From the NCBI RefSeq assembly GCF_009914755.1, contig NC_060930.1: a stretch of 64,000 nt of DNA, one strand, 5' to 3'. Made by a program: the position numbers and the translations under genes. Numbering within the stretch: position 1 is the stretch's first letter; each line of letters starts with the position of its first letter. The DNA is from the human T2T-CHM13v2.0 reference genome, Homo sapiens. Below, piece by piece: positions 44,906-64,000 of this stretch. Under the pieces are notes generated by a model. The model was not told the DNA's origin. It did no database searches and saw nothing but the letters and a program-made list of their open reading frames with translations.

Positions 44906-46939
44906 AAAAATAATTTAAATGACAATATTGCCCTGGGCTTCACATTGGACCATAAAAGATATGGCACAACTACTGTACACTTTAAACTTTACTTTAAAAT
45001 GTAAAGTTTATATGTATTTATATCAAAAATGTGAACATAAATATAAACATGCTTTATAGCTATATGCAAAAATAAAACAACAAAAGCAAAAAACAAAAAA
45101 ACTTAAACTGAAATAAGTCCACATCGATCAACTTTATTTGATCAACTAAGTTAAGACAAGGTTTTGCTAGTCAGTGTTCAATAATAGATACTATTATTAT
45201 CATTATTCCTCTACCTGTACTTTAAGGGGTTTTTCAACAATATGGAAAGCGAGGACAGAAGGGCTTCATGATTGGGTGTTACTCTCTTTGTCTTAAACCC
45301 AAGCTTCAAATCCAAAATCCATGATTTTTCCTTCCTAATGGATAAAACCATGTATCTAGAAGTTATCCAACCCTGATTGTCCTCCAAAATATGCGTAAAA
45401 ACTAAAATTAATAAAATCAATCCTCATTCTTTACTATGAGATAGCCAGATATGACAATGTCAGCTGTTAATGCAAGAAGGTCTTTTCTTCCCTCAGTGCT
45501 CCTAATACTGGACTAATTTTCCCAAACCCAGGAATGAAATTTCTTAGGAGTATATCCCCATCCTAGGTAACTCACCTCCCGGGTCTCCCTGGGTGAATCC
45601 TGGCTGTCTCTACTGCAGTGTACCACAGTCTGCCTTAAAGAGTAGTTAACACTAATAATAGATTAAGTATTAAGGAAAATATATGAAAACATTGATGTTA
45701 TCTCTCATGGGATTAACTATATTCTCTGGGTCTGAGAGCAGCTTTACCAACAATCTTCAGGATACAAAAGAAAGGAACTAAGCTATATTCAACATTTTCA
45801 AATTATAGCATTCATCACTAATGTAAAACATTCATCTAGCTTAAATATTCTTCATAAATAACCCTTAGTAACAATTTCCAAAACAAAAACAAAAGGCAAC
45901 TATAGCCTCTAGTCTGAATTTATGGTTTGTCAGTGTCCTAAGATAAGAATGTATCCTGACAAATTCTTGAATTTTCAGTTTATTATACTGCTGAGCCTTT
46001 CAAGTAATTTATCTTCTGGGTATAAAGCCAATATTTGCATTTTGATTTATTTTTATAGCTACATTACTGGATTCTTATGACCTAGGATCTTGCATACTGG
46101 TATAAGAAGAATAAACTCTTTTGGAACCTTGTAAATATTTTATTTCTATTCCTTCAGAAAAACTACTACAAGGTGCTAATTCTGCAACCTTTCTTTGTAC
46201 AGTTCAAGTCACGCGTTCCAAATTAGAACGCCAAAATGGATTAAAATATTTTGGAGTACATACACCAGAAACAGCAAAATACTGTGTTGACCACGTTTAT
46301 ATGTTTTACCTATTATATTATTATTTTCCTGCGAAAATATTAATATTTATGTTTAAAAAGACAAAATTTTAAAAATAAGCTTGTAATTGTCAACTTACAC
46401 CAAATGATTATAATTTAAGATAAAAAGAGGCTGATTTTATAATATATTCGGATTCAACTATTTAGATTTAAAAACATTTGATAGCTACTATGTCATTAGT
46501 TTGTATCTTGGCCAATACCTTGATACTTTTAGAAATAATATATGAAAGAATATTTGCACTTTATAGATACTTTCAATTTTATAGGCACTATATTTTATAA
46601 TAAGTAAGATATATAGGACCATTTTCTTAAAGAAAAAAGATATGAAAGGGTTTTAAATAAAAATATAAAGTAAATTCAGTTTTCTTAGATTTGATAATAA
46701 AAAGGATTCAACTTTCTGATTTATACTTACTAAATCTTTCTAAGATCTAACTCTAAAAACTTAAACAACAACAACATGGAAATTAAAATTCTTTAATCTC
46801 TTTAATAATTCATGAGGGCAATGTAGTGGGATAAAGAAACAGATCATAACTTTTAGATTTAAACAGACCTGGAGGGAGGAGATAGGTACAAATAGATGAT
46901 GGATGGATAGACAGATAAATAGATAGATAGAATATATTT

Positions 46940-48780
<1,841 letters not shown>

Positions 48781-48898
48781 CTTAGGATTTTGACACCATG
48801 AGAAGAGTCCAAATAAGAATATAGATATAAATAATCTAGAATTATTCTGGAAGTAGATAGGTGAGTAATGCAATGAATTTATATTACTCTGATTATAA

Positions 48899-49319
<421 letters not shown>

Positions 49320-50243
49320 TAATAAAATTAAGTTCCTTAAGCATTGACTTAGTCTGATGAGCCCAATGAGAAATAAGCAAATGAAGAAGTTAAGAAAAAA
49401 GTTGTGGTAAGGAACAGGGTAATAAGGAATATTGAAAGCAGATAAAGGCAAGGGTGCACTCCCCTGTGGCCCTCTTGTGGAAAGGTCAGAATGCAAACTT
49501 TTCATAGCTTCTGGCAGGTAGGCCTCACATTGCTCTAGTGTAGTACAATAATAAATGTTTATAATGTTGATCCTAAATCATCTAGAAAAGATCAAATTAT
49601 ACTTGGTTTGATCTGATTAAGATGAAAGATTTGTTTCAAAATATTTTATGTAAAATGGTTGACATTCTAAGTCTGAGAGGCAAACATGTAGCTTTATATA
49701 TAAAGTTATATATAATTATATAGCTATTTATACAGTATATATAGAGTAATATTTAGTTATATATATTTATTTACATTGTTATATACTTACCTAGTTATAT
49801 ACTTACTAGACTGAAGTCCAGCTATCTAGGATTCAGTCCCTCAGCCTATAGGATAAGTGAAGTTTAACTTTCCTATGACCACTAACTCATTATTTGCCAT
49901 TCTATTCTTTAAAAAAAAAAATGCAATGAACTCACCAGCTAAGATATTCTACCTATCAAATCATTTAAGTTATTGTTTAAATAAACAACAGCTGTCACAA
50001 TGTCATCAATTTACCTGCTCTTTCATTCTTGCATCCATAAAATTATTATTTTACACAGAAGTGTACTAAGAAATAGTTAGTGTTTTCAAAAATAATTTGA
50101 AGGTATAAAAAATTGCTCCAAAATGCTAATTGTGATTACTATTATAATAGCCAACAGGAACGAAAAATAACGCAGTGATCCTAATTGGTGACTTAATAAT
50201 AGAGAACACGTCCTTAACCAGGAAAGGGGGAAAGAAGAAAAAA

Positions 50244-50254
50244 CACACACACAG

Positions 50255-50291
<37 letters not shown>

Positions 50292-50295
50292 ACAC
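50244..50295. repeat. (CA)n microsatellite
   Basis: Direct reading. Confidence 0.95.
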
Positions 50296-50649
50296 CCTCT
50301 GTGCCCAACAGCAGAAGTAAGGAAGCAAATGAAAAATTGATGAGGGCTAAAAACTTTGCATTGGAGAATGCTACTTGAATTCTCTCTCACTTTTTACCTG
50401 GCAGAACATCATCTTAAAAACCTATTAAGTCTTCTGTCTTCAAATGTATTCTGATATCTCCACAAATATCTGTTTAAGTTAAATCTGACTAAGTACTAAT
50501 GCCCATTCTAGAGTAAAAGCTAAAGCTTATATTATCTGAGACATCAAAGATGGCCAATTTAACTTTATGGTAAAATATATTTGATTTTATATCCTGCATA
50601 TTTCATAACCACAGAATAAATGTATGTTGTATTATGTATGTCTGTATAA

Positions 50650-51640
50650 ATATTTTATATACCATCTATATGTCAATAATTTCTATCTATAACTCAGACA
50701 TTTCCTCTGAACTCACATATTAAGCAACTATTAGACATCTCCATTTGGATATCTTACAGGTATTTCAAATTTCATTTTTCTAAAACATACTGCCTATTTT
50801 CTCAATACCCCAACTTTTTCCCATTTACCCAGTTGCTCAAATCTGAGAATTGTTTTTGATTCCTCATTTTTTGCTTATCACTTATATCTAATCCATCTCC
50901 AAGTCCTGTCAATTTAACTACAAACATATCTTGATTTCATTCACTTCTCTTCATCTCAACTGCCATTGCCATAATGAAATCCATCATCACTTTTTGCCTA
51001 AATAATCATATCTGTTTATAATTCTGCCTATTTTACCTCATCAATTTTAATACAAAGGCCAAGGCACTCATTTAAAAATATAATTCTGGCCATGCCAGAC
51101 ACCTGCTAAAAACCCACCAGTCACCTCCTGTTTCACTTAGAATAAAATAATTTTAAAAAAATATGGTCTAGAAGGCCCAATGTGATCTGGCCCAGTTTCA
51201 TGTCTCACCACTCTTATCCTTAAGCCCCATGTTCCAGACACACTGACTTTCATTAACCTCTGAAACACACTAAGCTTTTTCCTTCCTTAAAATCATCACA
51301 AAGGCTCTTCCTTCTAACTAGAACTCTTTTCCCTGAACGCCAACTTCTCTAATTCCATGTCTAATCTCAAGTATCACCTCCTCCTAAAAACTTCTGTTAT
51401 CATTCTGTCTAAAGTAGTTTTCTCGCCCCCCTACATTTCCATGCTGCACATTGCTATTTCCCCTTCATAGCACCTACCACAATTTGTAAGGTACTTACTT
51501 GTTTACTTACTTTTCTTTTTGTATTCCACCCCAGTTAAACTAGAAGATCCACAAGGACTGGGACCATCACTATTTTGTTCACAATTATAAACACAGTACC
51601 ATGTAGTTGTAGAATGCATGTGTTGGAATGCTGATGAATA
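50650..51640 (+). mobile_element. L2 3' region
   Basis: gacatctccatttggatatct; ccaagtcctgtcaatt; cacttagaataaaat; atgtgttggaatgctgatgaat. Confidence 0.75.
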
Positions 51641-52562
51641 TGTGATTTTAAAAAGTATAGACTCTTCTGTTAACTTGCTTTTCATTGCACTTAAATCAGA
51701 GGCCTACTCCTAGGTGGGGAAATCAACAATGGGAAGTTAGAAAGGGTTGCTGGCATGCTTTCTCGTGGGCTGAATATTCACCATATGCTAAGTCTCCTTT
51801 TCACTTTCTATAGTTCTCTTTTCACTTACTAAATAATCAGTTCTTCTTCCTTTGCTGCTGCAGAAATTATCTTCCTCCTCAAAAGTTCAGTGGCACTCCA
51901 TCCTATATTGCCAATCAGTCTGAGTGTCCATGTTACTCTTCCCACCCCGCCTACCAATATCACCTCCATCATTTTTTCCACCTGCTTCCAACACGCTATC
52001 AAGAAATACCACTCATCTTTCCTTCTGCCTCTCTCCTTCTATAGATGCTTTACAGGACAATTTATGCTATTTCAGAAAGCCAGAACAAGCTCCCATCTGC
52101 CATCTGTTAAACCATCATTTCTCCTTCATTAAAAATCTTCCTAAATTCAAGCTCATTTCAGAAAAAAACAGGAGTTTGGAAAGGAGTGAGATACCTTACA
52201 TTTAGATTCATGTGTCTGAGACATACAATGCTCTGTATATCTACCTGGATTTCCTTAATAAAAATAATATGAAAAGTAAAGTCCAGAATAGAAAAAGCAA
52301 AATCATGGTATTTATATATTTAAAATACATATGACTATTTGTGTCATGCTGCAATTTGGCAAAGTGATAGGACATCAAAGGGATAGTAATCTAAAGATTC
52401 ACAATAAGCACACAAATATATTAATATCATAAATACAGCTGCATACAAATTATCTGTGTATATATGTACATAATATAATATATATATGAAGTTTGAAAAG
52501 AGTTTCAGGCTGGAATTTTTTGACATAACCAGTGGCTTTCTTCTACTTATTAAGAAGGTATC

Positions 52563-53108
52563 TGTGATGGTTAATTTTAGGTTCTCATTTGACTGAATTA
52601 AGGTATACCTACAAAGCTGGTAAAGCATTATTTCTGGGTACGTCTGTGAGGGTGTTTACAGAGGAGATTGGTATGTGAGTTGGTGGACTGAGTGAGGAAG
52701 ATCTACCCTCAACGTAGGCAGGCACTGTTCAATCAGTTGGGGGTCCAGGTAGAACAAAAAGTCAGAGCAAAGACAAATTCTTTCCCTCCTGGAGCTTGGA
52801 CAACCTTCTTCTCCCACCTTTAGATATCAGAACCCCAGGCTCTCTGGCCTTTGGCCTCTGGGTTCTCATGCCTTTGGCTTCAGACCTAATGCTGTTGGGT
52901 TCCCTGGTTCTGAGGCTTTCAGACTTGGACTGAGCCTTGCTCCTGGCCTCCCAGGATCTCTGGCTTACAGAGGTCTACTGTGGGACTCAGCCTCCATAAT
53001 TGTATGAACCAATTCCCCTAATAAATCCTATCTCATCTCTCTCTCTCTCTCTCCCCACCCCCTACCCCACCATTGGTTCTGTCCCTCTGGAGAACTCTGA
53101 CTAATACA
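52563..53108 (+). mobile_element. MLT2 (ERVL) solo LTR with a perfect 5-bp TSD
   Basis: Termini tgtgatggttaatttt ... ctctggagaactctgactaataca. gtatc at 52558-52562 and 53109-53113. Confidence 0.92.
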
Positions 53109-53475
53109 GTATCTTTACATCACAATATCAAGTGGACTGAAATACAGCTTTCCTTTTCCTGAAGTATTTAAACATTTAATGTTCTTAATGAGGCCATCTA
53201 CACCAAAGTAAAATAAATAAATTTGACAGTTTTCCAACAGTGGTACAATATGTTATTCATGTCAGGCTGGAAGAAAAGGAAGATTTCTTGCCGGTTATCT
53301 CTAATCATTTGTGTCCTAAATCAAACTCAACTAATTGTTGAAGACACTAGGTAGACATTGAGACCGCATATTTTTAAAGTTGGAAATGATAACAGATCAT
53401 GAGTTTGTTATGAGTCAGTAATGGGTTATTTTAAACCACAGTTGGCTAGATGAGAACCAGCAATGATACCCTTTA

Positions 53476-53816
53476 CAATCATGCACTATATAACAATGTT
53501 TCAGTCAAAAACAGACACATGTATAGTGGTGGTCCTATAATATTATAAGACTGTATTTTACTGTATCTTTTCTATGTTAGATATGTTTACATATGCAAAG
53601 GCTTTCCATTTTGTTACAATTGCCTACAGTATTCAGTACAGTGACATGTTGTACGGTTTGTAGCCTAAGAGCAATAGGCTATACCATATAGCCTACCTGT
53701 GTAGTAGGCTGTACCATCTTAGTTTGTGTAAATACACTCTATGATGTTTGCACAACTAAATTGTCAAATGACAAATTTCTGAGAACATATTTCTGTCATT
53801 TAATGATCCATGACTG
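53476..53816. mobile_element. Tigger3a/MER7-like TcMar MITE
   Basis: Terminal inverted ends caatcatgca ... catgactg. Internal gttacaattgcctacagtattcagtacagt..agcaataggctataccatatagcct. Confidence 0.85.
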
Positions 53817-54300
53817 CACTTGTATAAGTTTAATGTTGATTTCTGTATTTTAGGAGCAATTTGGAGAATTTTTAAAAAGACTCTGGAAAAGGCAGGCCAA
53901 AATGATGAGTAGAATGGTAATAAAACATGTTAAGAAAGAATAAAGTGAGGTTATTCAATCTGCTGAAATGAAGGTTATGAAATGACAACTAATTTTAAAA
54001 GTATATAATTTTTATAAAAAGGGTACTTCCCAGCTTTTCTCATACTCTGAGACCTACATAAGGGGGGAAAACAGGTTTAAGTTGTGATTGAAAGGAGATT
54101 TACACTAAAGATAAAGGAGGTTTGTTTAGAGATTCTAATATTCAGAAAGAGGCTTCTGCAGAAATGAATACAATCTCCACCCTCAGAGAAGGTGAGGCCT
54201 TAGAATAGAATGCATTGTAATCTATCTGAAGTTGCTTTGATATCAAAGCAAATTGTCCAGGCAGTTTGCACATAAGGGGTCCCTTAAGAATTAAGATTCT

Positions 54301-55312
<1,012 letters not shown>

Positions 55313-57164
55313 CTAATTCTACTTTCAGTGACTCTGGGAAGCTTTTTTCTTAATAATAATGACTTTATATTTCAACAGTGTATGGAATATTGGCTATTTT
55401 AAGAAACAAGTATTTATTATTGAAAAACCCTATGATGTGAAGAGAGAGCAAGATGTGAAACCAAAGCGTTGATAAAAGTAACTTTTCTACCTTTACAGGT
55501 TAATTTGAAACAAGCACATCTCTTTCTCATTCTTTCCTCTCTAATTCTAAAGGTCACTTCTCACACAGTACTGGATCTCAAGAGTGAGTAGTTACGAGCA
55601 GCTATCACTAAATTTAAACTCTGGGGAAACTTAAAGATGGAGAACTTCATAAATTGAATGTGTCACAAATATTGTATGCTGAGAAATTGGCATTCATTAC
55701 CCACAGAGGTGTCCTCATTACCAATTTGTAGTATCATTCAAGAGTGATGGTGTCACCCCTATATCATGGATATAAATTACAGTATTCTCTGTCTGGTTCT
55801 GACATTTTTCTTCCACATAAAGTGCATGATGGCTCAGTTTCATTTTGACCTTTGTCTTTCCTGTAATGGAACACACAAAATTATATCTGTAATAGCAGCA
55901 GGAAGTTCCTGAGCTTGACTTTTACCTATCACAGGAAGGAGATTATAAGAGTACTATTTGCAAAAATGTTGATAAACTTCTCGTTGTGAGTTCTGAGTTG
56001 ATAAACCTCCCATCCATACACACAAACAAAAATGTTGTTTCAGGCTATGTCACTAAGTATTATAAATTTCATATAAAATCTAAATAATGGCTCTGTCAGC
56101 AGTAAACGTGTACAATTAGGCTGTTTCCAAAAATTTTACCCTATTTATAATAAGTATTTCATAATTATAATCAGAATGGGTGAAATAAAACAAATGCATT
56201 TATCTAGTTAAGTTTTCAACTTTGTTTATCTTCAGTTTTTCAAAGTGGGAATTTATATTAGAGCTGATTTCTAAGATCTTTCCAATTAAAAAACTAAAAA
56301 GCTCAATTCAGTGATTTCCTTTTGATTAATATAATGAGCCTAAAGACTACAAAGTGGCTTCTTTGTTAATGCTTCTTCAAGTGTTCTTTCTGCTTGCTTT
56401 TAGCCAGAAAAGTTCACTCAGGGAACTGAACTGTAGGTCAAACATTGTAACAATCCAAGAAACTAATGTCACACATATCCTCATCACCATCACCTTCTCT
56501 CAAAATCGGGGTCCTCATCCTGGACAAAAAGGAGGGGAAGAAAGAGAAGGTAAAGCAACAAAAAAAATGTATCTCACCTGGCTTAAAATTTGTAGCAATG
56601 ATAGGAGGGGTTAAAGAATGATTGAGAAGGAAAGTGTTTGAAAAATATAGTTATGTACACTATGTGTATATATATATCTGAATTTTTAAAAACCAATTTG
56701 ACTGTTATTTACAAATTTTTGGTCATATAATATTGTTTCTGAAAAAGTACAAATAACTGGCTGAATTAAGTTGTTTTTACCTGAAATGATGAAGCCAATG
56801 GTTTAAAGATCATCTGTGTTTTTGCTAATTTATTTTAATTATTTAGCAATAACTAAACATACTCCTGCCTCTTTTATAAAGAATTGCATAAAATTGCAAT
56901 TTAACAGATAAAGCTTGAATAATGATTACCTGGATTGTCGATTAAAATATCTGAAAGAAATAAAACCAAATTCAAAAGAACATGCTATTATTCATGCCAA
57001 CTCAACATTCAAATATTCCCAGATAATGTACTAACTGACCTTCAAAACAAAGTTTATGATTTTTTAACATAGATTTTTATAAAGGAGAACTGTGGGTGCC
57101 TGGAGTTAGTGTTGCAAACAAGTCAGGGACAAAGAGAAGAGGGACTGGGAAATGGAGATAAGGC

Positions 57165-57650
57165 TCTGTATTACTTAGAACTCTTGGTGCCAGGTAACAG
57201 AAACCAACTCAAACTAGCCAAAGTGCAAAAGATATGCATTGGCAAAGATAACCAAGAAATATTAGACCCATTTTAGGCATGGCTGAATCCATGTGCAATA
57301 TCTTCATATATCTGAAGCTGTATCTATTTCTACACTCTGATTTCCTCTGTGTTTGTTTTATTCCAGGAAGAATCCAATTATATAATTGCAAAGATGATCC
57401 TCAGCAGCTCCAGGGTTACAGCTAAGAAACCCAGAGAAAAGAATGAGACACACTCTCTTCCCCAGTATTCTTATCAATCTATATCAATTATGTCTTTATC
57501 ATTGAGCCAATTACTTTGTCCAGAATCATGAGATACACTGGTTAGCCTATGGTATATGCTTCCTCTGTTTCAGTGAAGGTGGGGCTGGGTGTTGAACTCT
57601 TTTACCATAATCACAAGAATTTGGGAATTAGTAGTTCCTAAAAGGAAAAA
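57165..57650 (-). mobile_element. MLT1K-like LTR fragment
   Basis: ctcttggtgccaggtaacagaaaccaactcaaactagc; ggcatggctgaatcca; cagcagctccaggg. Confidence 0.55.
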
Positions 57651-57759
57651 ATACAGAATAGACCACCCCTTCTTCTTTACCCATACACCCTCAACACACA
57701 CAAACAGGTGATCCTGCAGGTCTAAAGTATGTATCACTCTATTATTTGCTTAGAGCTAA

Positions 57760-57982
57760 CTTGCTTCTTCCTTTCTTTTTTCCTTCGCTTCCCTGCCCTT
57801 CTCCTTCCTGCCCTCCTTCCCTCATTCTCTCTCTCTTTCCTTCCTTTCCTCCCTGCCTGTTTTTTTTTCTTTTTTTCTTTTGTCTTTTTTTACTTTTTTC
57901 TTTCTTTTCTTTTCTCCTCTCTCCTTTCTTATCTTCCTTCCTTTCTTCCTCTTTTCATTCCTTCTTTCCTTCCCTTTTTTGG
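57760..57982. repeat. CT-rich polypyrimidine low-complexity tract
   Basis: Direct reading. Confidence 0.9.
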
Positions 57983-58157
57983 TTTCAAAATAGTAAAAGT
58001 ATACATTTTAAAATCCAAATATTAATAAGCCTTACAGCAAAACAAAACAAAAAACAGTGTTAAAGTTAAGAAAAACGTATCATCAGACATAATGACCATT
58101 ATTAGCCAGGAAGAGTGAGGCCTTAAAGGGATACTTGAAATATCTTTAAATTATCTA

Positions 58158-64000
<5,843 letters not shown>

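Overview
This is AT-rich, repeat-dense great-ape or human genomic DNA, either intergenic or deep intronic. I found no host protein-coding gene, RNA gene, CRISPR array or prokaryotic system. All long ORFs belong to LINE-1 or are chance frames in repeats. The centrepiece is a near-full-length young L1 (L1PA2-like, 13115-19125) nested in the ORF2 of an older L1PA15/16-like element. It carries a ~510-bp 3' transduction with its own AATAAA and second poly(A), and one 13-bp target-site duplication (TSD) brackets the whole insertion. Its ORF0 (71 aa) and ORF1 (335 aa, 3-aa in-frame deletion) are open. Its ORF2 is full length and in frame but has four nonsense codons. The window also holds a second young L1 with a twin-priming 5' inversion (54301-55297) and an L1PA7-like element that runs off the right edge. 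The rest is Alu, MaLR/ERVL/ERV1 LTRs, DNA transposons, MIR/L2/CR1 relics and microsatellites. I cannot support a previously undescribed biological system; the best leads are locus-specific retrotransposition events. Subfamily names were recognised by eye and need RepeatMasker/Dfam confirmation.
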